NCBI GenBank assembly: GCA_964525535.1
Contig: CAZGHT010000015.1
Span: 15,140-79,139 of the forward strand
Direction: 5' to 3'
From: an uncultured Rhodothermaceae bacterium
GTDB lineage: Bacteria > Bacteroidota > Rhodothermia > Rhodothermales > JAHQVL01
DNA length: 64,000 bases
Positions within the stretch are counted from its first letter, which is position 1, and the number at the start of each line of letters is the position of its first letter. Positions 46,875 through 56,091 of this stretch are shown here, one piece after another. The position numbers were made by a program, and so were the translations under genes. The notes under the pieces were generated by a model. That model saw only the letters and a program-made list of their open reading frames with translations. It had not been told where the DNA came from and searched no databases.

Positions 46875-48008
46875 TCAATTCACGAGATTCCCCTTGACGC
46901 GTTCGTGAACGACCTCTCCTCCATGGGTTACGCAGGCCCCTTTGATGATATCGTCGTCGAAGTCGAGATGGAAGGCATCGTCCTTGTAGAATTCCAGCAC
47001 CATCGCCATGAGGGTCCGCGCATACATCTGGCTGGCGTGCACGGGCATTTCGGCGGGCAGGTTGGGGTGGCCGACGATGGACACTCCGTGTTGGATCACT
47101 GTTTTTCCTTTTTCCGTGTAGGCACAGTTGCCCCCATTGGCGGCAGCCATGTCGACGATGACCGAACCGGGCTTCATGGCGTTGACGGCTTCTTCGGAGA
47201 TCAGCAACGGAGCGGCGCGCCCCGGGATGAGGGCCGTGCTGATAACGACGTCGGCGTTGCCAATGTGCGGCACTAACAATTCGACCTGCCGGCGTTGCTT
47301 TTCCTCGGCGAGCGCCCTGGCATACCCGCCTTCGTCCTGCGAGTCCGCCGTATCGATCTGGAGCTCGACGAAGGTTGCGCCGAGACTCTCGATTTCCTCG
47401 CGGACGGCATCGCGGATGTCGTAGGCAAAAACCCTGGCGCCGAGCCGCCTGGCCGTTGCAATGGCCTGGAGGCCGGCAACGCCGGCGCCGAGCACCAGCG
47501 CGTTGGCCGGCTTGACCGTCCCGGCGGCAGTCGTCAGCAGCGGGAAAAACTTCGGCAGCAGATCGGCCGCCGTCACAACCGCCTTGTACCCCCCTATCGA
47601 ACTCATGGCCGAAAGCGCATCCATCTTCTGGGCTCGAGAAATTCTCGGGACCAGCTCCATCGCCAGCGCAGTCAGGCCCCGAGCAGCCATCTTCTCTGCA
47701 ACCTCGGGCGCATCCAGAGGGCTCAAAAACCCGATGTACATGCCTTCGGGGTTGATCATGCTTATCTCATCGTCTGCCGGAGGCTGGACTTTCAGAACCA
47801 CGTCGGCCCCGAATGCCTCGTTGCGCTGAACGACGCTCGCCCCCACTGCCTCGTACGCCTCGTCGTCATAATACGCAGACGCGCCGGCCCCTTTTTCCAC
47901 GAGGACCGTCATTCCTTTCTTGATCAGACGCCCGGCTACCTCCGGGACGACGGCCACACGTCGCTCCCCTTCAGCAGTTTCGGCTGGTACTCCGATTGTC
48001 ATAGCCAT
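46875..48008 (-). CDS. pntAA: NAD(P) transhydrogenase subunit alpha part 1 (AlaDH/PNT domains)
   Basis: IGVPAETAEGERRVAVVPE and GAGVAGLQAIATARRLGA (Rossmann fold). Confidence 0.93.
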   Translation of the reverse strand: MAMTIGVPAETAEGERRVAVVPEVAGRLIKKGMTVLVEKGAGASAYYDDEAYEAVGASVVQRNEAFGADVVLKVQPPADDEISMINPEGMYIGFLSPLDAPEVAEKMAARGLTALAMELVPRISRAQKMDALSAMSSIGGYKAVVTAADLLPKFFPLLTTAAGTVKPANALVLGAGVAGLQAIATARRLGARVFAYDIRDAVREEIESLGATFVELQIDTADSQDEGGYARALAEEKQRRQVELLVPHIGNADVVISTALIPGRAAPLLISEEAVNAMKPGSVIVDMAAANGGNCAYTEKGKTVIQHGVSIVGHPNLPAEMPVHASQMYARTLMAMVLEFYKDDAFHLDFDDDIIKGACVTHGGEVVHERVKGNLVN

Positions 48009-48093
48009 AACAAAATGTGATCCTTGTGCTTCGACGAATAATACACCGCCTGTAGATAAAAGAAGAAGGATTCTTCTTTAAGAACCGTGTGAG

Positions 48094-49185
48094 TCAACCG
48101 TTTTGGCGTTCGAAATCGTCCATGAAAGAAACCAGCGCTTCGACCGCTTCCGGGGGACAGGCATTGTAGATGGACGCACGCATTCCTCCCACAGATCGGT
48201 GTCCCTTAAGCGCCTGCAAGCCTTTCTCTTCGGACTCAGCAACAAATCGGCTTTCCAGTGCTTCGTCAAGGAGGCGGAAACAGACATTCATCGACGATCG
48301 GGCCGAAGGCTCCACCGTTCCCCGATAAAAGTCGGATTTATCGATGCGGTCGTAGAGTAACCCGGACTTCCGGTCGTTGACCCTCTTGATGCCCTGTATA
48401 CCTCCCTGATCTTGGAGCCAGCGCAAGACCTTCTCAACGATGTACACCGCGAATACGGGAGGCGTGTTGAATAATTTTTCAGTATGCACTCCGTAATCCA
48501 GCATGGACGCCAGATTGTCTTTTCTGCGAGCGAGAAAGTCGTCTCTGACGAGCACCACCGTAACGCCCGAGGGGCCGATGTTTTTCTGTGCACCGGCATA
48601 AATCAGTCCATATCGATCCAGGTCTATCTCTCGACTGAGAAAATCGCTCGAGGCATCACATACCAGCGGCACGGGTACGTCCGGTTCCGTCTGGAACTGG
48701 GTCCCAAAAATTGTATTGTTGGAGGTAAAATGGAGATAGTCCGCCCGGTCGTTGACGTCCCAGGTCTCGGGAGCCGGAATATAGGAGAAGTTCCGATCTT
48801 TGCTGGAGGCAGCCTCGCGGACGGCGCCTACACGTCGGGCTTCTTTGACAGCCTTGACGGACCAGGAGCCAGTGACGAGATAGTCGGCTGAACCGTGCGG
48901 AGAGAGGAAATTGTAAGGAACTTGAAAAAATTGCAACGAAGCTCCTCCCTGTAGGAAAAGAATATGCCATTCCTCTCCGAGATCGAGGATCGACCGAAGC
49001 CGCCGGCGGGTGCGTTCGGCAATCTCGGTATAGGATGCCGAGCGATGGCTGATCTCCATGACCGAAGTTCCTATCGAATCGTACACCGGGAGTTCGTCCC
49101 GAACCTCGAGCAATACCTCTTCGGGCAACACAGCAGGGCCGGCTGAGAAGTTATAGGCGCGAGTTTTTTGATCTACGGTTGTCAT
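48094..49185 (-). CDS. serC: Phosphoserine aminotransferase
   Basis: YNFSAGPAVLPEEVL, AGAQKNIGPSGVTVVLV (PLP Lys), RASIYNA. Confidence 0.93.
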   Translation of the reverse strand: MTTVDQKTRAYNFSAGPAVLPEEVLLEVRDELPVYDSIGTSVMEISHRSASYTEIAERTRRRLRSILDLGEEWHILFLQGGASLQFFQVPYNFLSPHGSADYLVTGSWSVKAVKEARRVGAVREAASSKDRNFSYIPAPETWDVNDRADYLHFTSNNTIFGTQFQTEPDVPVPLVCDASSDFLSREIDLDRYGLIYAGAQKNIGPSGVTVVLVRDDFLARRKDNLASMLDYGVHTEKLFNTPPVFAVYIVEKVLRWLQDQGGIQGIKRVNDRKSGLLYDRIDKSDFYRGTVEPSARSSMNVCFRLLDEALESRFVAESEEKGLQALKGHRSVGGMRASIYNACPPEAVEALVSFMDDFERQNG

Positions 49186-49344
49186 GCTGATCGTCTAATT
49201 TCGGGGTTGAACGGTCGAAGATCTGGCGTTGAAAGGCCAGCGTGAACCCTTTAGGGGTGTGGTAGACGCCAGTGGGGGCACGCAACTCTTCCACATTGGC
49301 ACACCACTTACCCTCAGATACTGAAAAAGCTCCAAAACCTGGGA

Positions 49345-50562
49345 TCAGCCGAAGCGGTGGACGAGCAGGCCGCTTCTCAACTTTGGCTCGAACCATGTCG
49401 ACTTTGGAGGCATGAGTAGTCCGGCATCAGAAACCGCCAGTAGATCCTCTATACGGGTAGGATACATGGAAAAGGCGACCTCTGCATGGCCTTCACGTAC
49501 GAGGCGTTCCAATTCTTTCGTTCCCCTGATGCCTCCAACGAACTGAATATTCTTGTCGGTGCGCGGATCCTGGATGTCTAAAAAGGGCTCCAGAATATAT
49601 TCGCTTAGCCTGGCAACATCCAGCGTGTCTGCCACTGAAGCGCGCTTCGTTTCAGGCAACGTCAGTACGTACCAGGCGTCATCGATGTATATACAGACCT
49701 GACCGGGCTCTTCAGGCTCAGCACACTTCGCCTCGCAGATAGAGAACTGGTTTTCGAGTGCGTTCAGAAATGAAGCAGAGTCCTCAGATAGCCGGTGAAT
49801 GACTCGATGATAGGGCAGAATAGTCATCGAACTCATGGGGAACAAAACGGCAGGGAAAAAGCCGTATTCTTGCCTTTCGAGCCTTTCATCGTGGTCTTTG
49901 AAATGCTTCGCGGCCAGGCTGGCTGCCTTGCAGCGGTGATGGCCGTCGGCGATGTACAGCTTAGGTATGGCCGAGAAGGCACGGATCATTTCATCCACGG
50001 CCTGCACGCACCATACCGTGTGCTGAACGCCATCTTGTGAAACGAAATCGTATTCAGGATCTTCCAGCACAGCACGTGCAATCAGAGATTCGGCCTGCTG
50101 ATCGTCTCTGAAGGTCAACATGACGGGCTCCGCATGAGCACGCTGCGCAATAATGTGACGTGTTCGATCTGCCTCCTTATCCGGGCGCGTATTTTCGTGT
50201 TTGAGGATCAAGCCGCGATCGTATTCATCGACAGACACGCACCCGTACACGCCCGTTTGCGCACGCCCATCCATGATCAGACGGTAGACATATAACGAGG
50301 GGGCTTCGTCCTGAATGGACCAGGGCCCCCTGGCATAGGCCTCCAGGTTCTCAGCGCCCTGTTTGTACACGATGTCGTCATAGTCTCCTGTACGCGCAGG
50401 AAGATCGATTTCAGGTCTAATGATGTGAAGAAAACTTTTCGGATTGCCTTCCGCCATCGCTCGAGCTTCCTCTGTGTCTATGACGTCATAAGGAACGCAA
50501 GCAATGCGTTCAGCCAGCTCCATTGAAGGACGAAGTGCTTTAAAGGGATGTAGTATAGCCAT
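49345..50562 (-). CDS. DUF1015 domain-containing protein
   Basis: MAILHPFKALRPSMELAERIACVPYDVIDTEEA is the characteristic DUF1015 N-terminus. Also ..LYIADGHHR... Confidence 0.85.
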   Translation of the reverse strand: MAILHPFKALRPSMELAERIACVPYDVIDTEEARAMAEGNPKSFLHIIRPEIDLPARTGDYDDIVYKQGAENLEAYARGPWSIQDEAPSLYVYRLIMDGRAQTGVYGCVSVDEYDRGLILKHENTRPDKEADRTRHIIAQRAHAEPVMLTFRDDQQAESLIARAVLEDPEYDFVSQDGVQHTVWCVQAVDEMIRAFSAIPKLYIADGHHRCKAASLAAKHFKDHDERLERQEYGFFPAVLFPMSSMTILPYHRVIHRLSEDSASFLNALENQFSICEAKCAEPEEPGQVCIYIDDAWYVLTLPETKRASVADTLDVARLSEYILEPFLDIQDPRTDKNIQFVGGIRGTKELERLVREGHAEVAFSMYPTRIEDLLAVSDAGLLMPPKSTWFEPKLRSGLLVHRFG

Positions 50563-50568
50563 ACAAAT

Positions 50569-50680
50569 AACAGATGTTACGCACCGGATGCGTACAGATC
50601 CTGCCAGAGCGGCTCTGTCTATATGCTCTGTATATATGCAAAGCCGCCTACACCAGGCTGCTGTACACAGTCCGTGTAAC
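50569..50680 (-). repeat. Copy of the interspersed palindromic repeat family (short form with an AT-rich central loop)
   Basis: Plus strand: AACAGATGTTACGCACCGGATGCGTACAGATCCTGCCAGAGCGGCTCTG...TGCAAAGCCGCCTACACCAGGCTGCTGTACACAGTCCGTGTAAC. It starts 6 nt from the DUF1015 start codon. Confidence 0.85.
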
Positions 50681-50860
50681 AGTACTAAATAAATGGAAAG
50701 AGCTTCGTTTAAACCGCCGGCAAGATAAACAACAAAACGAAAGGAAACAGAACCCGATCTCGTAATTCAATAACGGGCATCATCGTGCCCCCCCGGAGAA
50801 CCACAACCCACAAATGGGAACACGGGAGGGGGTTAGTGTATTAGAATGCATCCTAAACAT

Positions 50861-50933
50861 CGCGGGGTGGAGAAGCTGGTATCTCACCGGGCTCATAACC
50901 CGGAGGTCGCGGGTTCAAATCCCGCCCCCGCTA
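50861..50933 (+). tRNA. tRNA-Met (anticodon CAT), initiator type
   Basis: CGCGGGGTGGAGAAGCTGGTATCTCACCGGGCTCATAACCCGGAGGTCGCGGGTTCAAATCCCGCCCCCGCTA is near-identical in layout to E. coli tRNA-fMet. It has a 1:72 mismatch (C1/U72) and three G-C pairs closing the anticodon stem. CCA is not encoded. Confidence 0.92.
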
Positions 50934-50987
50934 CTATCCGGTCTTTCAAAGCAGTCTTTAGCAACGGACTATTTGACGAAATTTTAT

Positions 50988-51028
50988 TAAAAGGACAATC
51001 TGCCCGTCGAGCCAGATTGTCCTTTTTT
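50988..51028 (+). terminator. Rho-independent terminator after tRNA-fMet (A-tract/U-tract flanked, potentially bidirectional)
   Basis: GGACAATCTG (50993-51002), then a 10-nt loop, then CAGATTGTCC (51013-51022). It is followed by TTTTTT (51023-51028) and preceded by AAAA. Confidence 0.85.
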
Positions 51029-51228
51029 AGTATCGCCCCACGCCGGTTGGGGGCCCTCCGGTACTTCCGACGAATCGCAGACAACGATCTCTGTGATCCG
51101 CCTCTGAATGATCCTTCTTCGAAAACAGCAAAGCCCTTTTTTCGATCACCTGTCGGGATATGAAGGCTCATGGCTATTCACCTTGATCGCTTTTTTGACT
51201 CTTTTCAGCATAAACTGGATTTCCACTC

Positions 51229-54204
51229 ATGAACCTACTCAAGGAAGCCGGCAGGGCCAGCTGTGCATGTGTTACGACGATAGGTCTGTTGATCCTTCAC
51301 CTCTATGTTTTTCCGACGGGAGCCTATGCCTTTCAGGTGAACGCGGCGCAATCCTCTGGCGACCCTCTGGTCATGCCGGGCGTCGTGGTCGTCCAGTTCA
51401 CCGGCCATGTCGAGATCTCCAGCGGCGCCTCTAAAACAGGCAGCCCGACCTTCGACCGGATTGCCACGAAACAGAACGTACGCCGCATCGAAAAAGCGCT
51501 GCCTTTCCTGGAGGCTTATTCGGGAAAACGCGCATTTACCTCCCGCCTGGAGGCGTTGAACCGTGTGTATTACGTGTATTACGACAGCGAGATCGCCCCT
51601 GAACAGATGGCGCTGCTGCTTGCGCGGGACCCTGAAGTGGCCTTTGCAGAGCCTCGCTACATGCAGCGCATCAGCAATACTGGGCCGGCCCCGAATCCGA
51701 ACCGGCTGACGCCCAACGATCCTCTATTCTCGAGCATGACACACCTCCCCCATCTGAACGTGCCGGAGGCCTGGGACGTCGTACGAGGAGAACAGGGTAA
51801 CGTCATCATCGCGATTGTCGATGGCGGCACGGACTGGCGCCATCCGGATCTGATGCCCAACGTCTGGACCAATCCCCTGGAGGTCGACAACGACGGCATC
51901 GACAACGACGGCAACGGATTCGTCGACGACCTGCACGGCTGGAATTTTGCGACGGCCACGGAAACCTCCAACGGCACCCCTGATCCGACGGGCCTGCCCA
52001 CCCTGCCCCGCAATGCCCGCCATGGAACGCTCGTAGCGGGAACGGCCGCCGCGGCCACCGATAACGGGCAGGGAGTAGCCGGCTCCAGCTGGAATGCCCG
52101 GTTCATGGCGATCAACGCGGCCTGTCCGACCATCGACGATCTGATTTGCAACAGCAACAGCGGCATCGCCTACGCGGCCATGAACGGTGCAGACATCATC
52201 AATGCCAGTTTCGGCGGTCCCGGGTTCTCCGAATTCAGCAATCAAGTGATTCAAGCCGCCATTGACATGGGTTCGCTCGTGGTCGCCTCTTCGGGCAACG
52301 AAGGGCAGAACTCAGACATTACCCCGTCGTATCCGGCCCAGTACGAAGGTGTCCTCTCCGTAGGGGGAACCCAGAAAAGTTCGGATGCCGTCGTCTTCAA
52401 TTACGGAAAGTCAGTCAATGTGTACGCCCCTGCGGTTAATATTAATACGACCTCACCGGACGGTCAATATTTGACCCCATCGGGCACTTCGTTCTCCTCG
52501 CCGCTCGTAGCTGGCATCGCTGCCCTCGTCAAAACGCGTAATCCCGGCTTCTCTCCCGACCAGGTACGCGAGCAGATCAGGATCACGGCAGACAATATCG
52601 ACACTTCGAATCCTCAGTTCAATGGTCAACTCGGGAGGGGACGGGTTAACGCCATGCGCGCTGTTACGGAGACCGGGAGCCCGGCCGTTCGACTCACGGG
52701 CTGGTCCTATCGCGATGAAGACGGCAATTTCGATATCCGTTCCGGTGAAATCGTGGAGGTTACGGCCACATTTACCAATTATCTGGAGGATGCCAGCAAC
52801 CTGACGCTGGCGCTGGTTTCGGACGACGACTTTGTCGCCTTTCCGGAGGGCACTGCAAACGTAGGCACCCTTTCCTCCGGAGACAGCGTCGTCGTTACGT
52901 TTCAATTTCAGATGCAGGCCGACACTCCGGATAATCATCCTGTTTTGTTGTTTACCCGGGCCAGTGACGGCTCGTATTCGGATGAAGCCGACGTGCTGCG
53001 CTTCACCGTAAACGTCACGTCCGTGGTCAACCATAACTCGGGACCGCTTCAGGTGTCATTGACGGATGAGGGAAATATCGGTTACCTCGTATTTCAAGGG
53101 AATTCCCCGGGGGGCGGGTTCAATTTTAACGGGCGCGATTTTCTATTCGAGGGCGGTCTCATCCTGGCAACCGGCCCGGATCGCGTCTCCGATTGCGTCC
53201 GAGGGGTGAACAACGATACAGATCAGGATACGGACCTGAGCCTCAAGGAAGGCTCTTCTCTGGAAATCTTCGACAATGGAGGCCTGACTGCCGAGCAGGG
53301 CCGGGTGGAACTGGTCGATCTCAACGCCCCCTCGCCCATCGGCATCGACATTTTGCAGGAAAGCTTCGTAGAAACCGGGCCGGCCTATGAAGACTTCATT
53401 CTTCTGCGCTATACCCTGTCCAACAATACGGCCTCCCGGATCGAGTCGCTGTATGCCGGGCTGTTCTTCGATTGGGATCTCGCAGCCAATGCGCAGGAGG
53501 ACTATGCTCGCTTCGACGACGCTCGATTGACGGGATACGTCATCGATGCCGCTAATGCCCCCACTGCCCTCGTCGGCGTTCGCGTGGTGTCCGATCTGCC
53601 CGCCGGCGCTTCGCTGGCCTATCGCGCCATCGACAACCCTACCGAGATATACGGCAATACGGCAGACGGTGGGTTCACCGAGCAAGAAAAATGGGCTTTT
53701 CTCAGTGACGGGATCCAGACGAAGTCGCTGAGCTCCACCGATGTCAGTCAGCTCGTCGGTGCAGGGCCTTTCCGCCTCGACTCGGGGGCCTCCGTTGACG
53801 TCGTGTTCGCCATTATCGCCGGTGAAACGGAACCCGATCTCCTGCAAAATGCGGACAATGCCTGGGCATTATGGAACAGCCTGCCCGTCCATATAGAAGA
53901 CACATCCCCTGTACGCCCTGAAGGACCTACCTTACATGCTGTTTTTCCGAACCCGATCGATCCTCCCGTCAAGATTTCTTATAGCTTACCGGAACCCGCG
54001 CCGGTCACGGTTGCCATTTTTGATGCACTCGGGCGACGGGTACGGGTCTTCCAGGAAGGTGTTAGACCCGCAGGCACCCATCACATCGAATGGTACGGTC
54101 GAAACGAGTCGGGAGCCGCACTGGCCTCCGGGGTGTATTTCGTCCGTCTCATCGGGAAGGGCGCCGCCTCATACACCCAATCCCGGGCGATCGTGATTCA
54201 GTAG
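51229..54204 (+). CDS. Secreted subtilisin-family (S8) serine peptidase with a T9SS C-terminal sorting domain (991 aa)
   Basis: Catalytic triad motifs: IAIVDGGTDWRHPDL (Asp), HGTLVAGTAAA (His), GTSFSSPLVAGIAALV (Ser). Tail: LHAVFPNPIDPPVKISYSLPEPAPVTVAIFDALGRRV...GVYFVRL. Confidence 0.9.
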   Translation: MNLLKEAGRASCACVTTIGLLILHLYVFPTGAYAFQVNAAQSSGDPLVMPGVVVVQFTGHVEISSGASKTGSPTFDRIATKQNVRRIEKALPFLEAYSGKRAFTSRLEALNRVYYVYYDSEIAPEQMALLLARDPEVAFAEPRYMQRISNTGPAPNPNRLTPNDPLFSSMTHLPHLNVPEAWDVVRGEQGNVIIAIVDGGTDWRHPDLMPNVWTNPLEVDNDGIDNDGNGFVDDLHGWNFATATETSNGTPDPTGLPTLPRNARHGTLVAGTAAAATDNGQGVAGSSWNARFMAINAACPTIDDLICNSNSGIAYAAMNGADIINASFGGPGFSEFSNQVIQAAIDMGSLVVASSGNEGQNSDITPSYPAQYEGVLSVGGTQKSSDAVVFNYGKSVNVYAPAVNINTTSPDGQYLTPSGTSFSSPLVAGIAALVKTRNPGFSPDQVREQIRITADNIDTSNPQFNGQLGRGRVNAMRAVTETGSPAVRLTGWSYRDEDGNFDIRSGEIVEVTATFTNYLEDASNLTLALVSDDDFVAFPEGTANVGTLSSGDSVVVTFQFQMQADTPDNHPVLLFTRASDGSYSDEADVLRFTVNVTSVVNHNSGPLQVSLTDEGNIGYLVFQGNSPGGGFNFNGRDFLFEGGLILATGPDRVSDCVRGVNNDTDQDTDLSLKEGSSLEIFDNGGLTAEQGRVELVDLNAPSPIGIDILQESFVETGPAYEDFILLRYTLSNNTASRIESLYAGLFFDWDLAANAQEDYARFDDARLTGYVIDAANAPTALVGVRVVSDLPAGASLAYRAIDNPTEIYGNTADGGFTEQEKWAFLSDGIQTKSLSSTDVSQLVGAGPFRLDSGASVDVVFAIIAGETEPDLLQNADNAWALWNSLPVHIEDTSPVRPEGPTLHAVFPNPIDPPVKISYSLPEPAPVTVAIFDALGRRVRVFQEGVRPAGTHHIEWYGRNESGAALASGVYFVRLIGKGAASYTQSRAIVIQ

Positions 54205-54411
54205 GCCCTCGTATAGACCGGGTAGGTTTGGCGCATGCTCTACAGGGTAATGCCCCACAATGATGGGGATCATTGGACATTGTTCTCGTCAAAGTGTCCC
54301 CATTGAGTCACAATCCCCCTGTTTGGTATAAAAGTTGATCCATTCAGTAGGTGTTTTCACGGTTAGTGATTTATCCTAAAGACACCGCATTATTAAGCCT
54401 ACTCCAGGACT

Positions 54412-55317
54412 ATGGTCAACGACGAACAGCTCGATGCACTTCGAAAACAACTCTCCACGCTGGAGGAGCTGACCGAAGAAGTAGCTCATCAATACGAGAA
54501 TACCGCAAACAAATTGCGGGACGGCCTCATTCCCGAAGAAACCCCGGGGGTTCAACTTGATGCCGCTAGAAAGGTATTACTTGACACACTTTCTACGTTG
54601 TCTTCTTTAGGGGAACCGTTCGGCATTGCTTCCGTGAGCGAAGACGCTTCGCTCCCTCTGGCGTACGAATATCTGAACCGTATTATCAAGGCAAAAGAAG
54701 AGGCAGAGCGCCAGAGAAAGCTGCTTGAAGACGCCCGGATGATCACATCTGAAGCCCAGGCTCTCCGCCACAATACCATGCCGGATGCGCTGAACCACAT
54801 ATTTACTGCGGTTCAGGAAATCGCCGATCAACTGGATGGGCGAAATCTCGAAGAAGCCGAGCGGATGATCAATGGGGAGCATCCTGTTTCGATGTTAGTC
54901 GCCTACGCCAAACACCGAGCTTCCCTCTCAGACAGCGAGTACGACGCCTTTCGCGACCACATCGAGGAACACTTTGGCCGCCCTATTCTCCGAGACCTCG
55001 ACCGGGGGCATATTACCCACACCGAAAGTGTGCCATTCATCAATGAGGTGATTGTCAGCGACGTCGACGAGGAGGGCGCCGAAGAGGAGGTCATCGATAT
55101 CATCGAAACGTCCGATGAATCGGAAGAAAACTCCTTTCTGACCGAGCTGGCTGAGGATATGAACGGCAATAACCCATTCGACGACGATACCCTGCATGGA
55201 GAGCACGAATTGTTCTGGCCTCCGGCTATCGAAGACGAATCGGATACCAAATCAGAGGAGTCGGAATCAGAGGTCGGTAACGAATTCAATTCAGACAGGA
55301 ATTCCATGACGAACTGA
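54412..55317 (+). CDS. Hypothetical protein with a helical N-terminal part and a very acidic C-terminal tail
   Basis: 301-aa ATG ORF. The C-terminal ~90 aa are rich in D/E/S (..VSDVDEEGAEEEVIDIIETSDESEENSF..). No motif. Confidence 0.55.
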   Translation: MVNDEQLDALRKQLSTLEELTEEVAHQYENTANKLRDGLIPEETPGVQLDAARKVLLDTLSTLSSLGEPFGIASVSEDASLPLAYEYLNRIIKAKEEAERQRKLLEDARMITSEAQALRHNTMPDALNHIFTAVQEIADQLDGRNLEEAERMINGEHPVSMLVAYAKHRASLSDSEYDAFRDHIEEHFGRPILRDLDRGHITHTESVPFINEVIVSDVDEEGAEEEVIDIIETSDESEENSFLTELAEDMNGNNPFDDDTLHGEHELFWPPAIEDESDTKSEESESEVGNEFNSDRNSMTN

Positions 55318-55338
55318 TTTCCGGCACAGGGGTATCTT

Positions 55339-56091
55339 TCAAAAGAGATTCAACATCCTGGCGGCGATGATCAGAACCGCCACGACCAGTACGAATCGAA
55401 TGACCTTTTCCCCTTTGCGGACGGCGAGTTTCGCCGCCCAGAAGGCGCCAAAGCTGTTTCCCGAGGCCAACGAAATCCCCATTACCCAGTTTACATTTCC
55501 GGTCCAGGCAAAGATCATCAGGGCTGGTAACGTGTACACGAGGACAATCGCCAGCTTGTGCATATTGGTGTATACCAGATCGACGCGCAGCAGGTGGTAG
55601 ATGATCGCCATGATCACGAATCCCACCCCGAGCTGGATAAACCCTCCATAAAATCCTACGAGGACCAGAGCAGGATACGCCCATTTCGAAGAGACCCCTT
55701 CGGGGCTCGTTTCATGATTTGACGATCTCGGTATGAGCATCGAAACGACAACTCCGACGAGCACGATGCCGAGAATACGCTGGAACCACTCATCGCTGAT
55801 ACGAACGGCGGCGAAGGCTCCAATAACGGCACCGGGAAGCGTCCAGACGGCCAGCTTGAGGCTCTGCGAGAGCCGGCTCACCTTTTCTCTTCGGAAAGAC
55901 CAGACACCCAGCACGTTTTGAAAGAAGAGGGCTACCCGGTTGGTGCCGTTGGCCATCGCCCCGTCCAACCCCATGAAGATCAAGGTGGGCAGCGTCAAGG
56001 AGGATCCCCCTCCGGCCATCACATTGATCACTCCTGCAATACTTCCCACTCCGAACAAGATGAGCAATTGAGGTATATCAGCCGTGCTCAT
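55339..56091 (-). CDS. TauE/SafE-family (sulfite exporter-like) membrane protein
   Basis: LLILFGVGSIAGVINVMAGGGSSLTLPTLIFMG, with a repeated half later in the protein. The start codon overlaps the stop of the fadJ-like gene (ATGA, 56088-56091). Confidence 0.82.
   Translation of the reverse strand: MSTADIPQLLILFGVGSIAGVINVMAGGGSSLTLPTLIFMGLDGAMANGTNRVALFFQNVLGVWSFRREKVSRLSQSLKLAVWTLPGAVIGAFAAVRISDEWFQRILGIVLVGVVVSMLIPRSSNHETSPEGVSSKWAYPALVLVGFYGGFIQLGVGFVIMAIIYHLLRVDLVYTNMHKLAIVLVYTLPALMIFAWTGNVNWVMGISLASGNSFGAFWAAKLAVRKGEKVIRFVLVVAVLIIAARMLNLF

Noticed and set aside
46426-46908. ORFs 46426-46908 (+) and 46441-46878 (-) around pntAB.
   Set aside because: They overlap the short, well-conserved pntAB membrane-subunit gene (46542-46823) and the pntAA/pntB ends. 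No motifs. These are alternative-frame artefacts.
50819-50860. A sigma70-like promoter for tRNA-fMet, based on TAGAAT at 50842-50847.
   Set aside because: There is a reasonable -10-like hexamer but no matching -35 at the proper spacing. The promoter consensus for this lineage is uncertain, so it is not reported as a feature.
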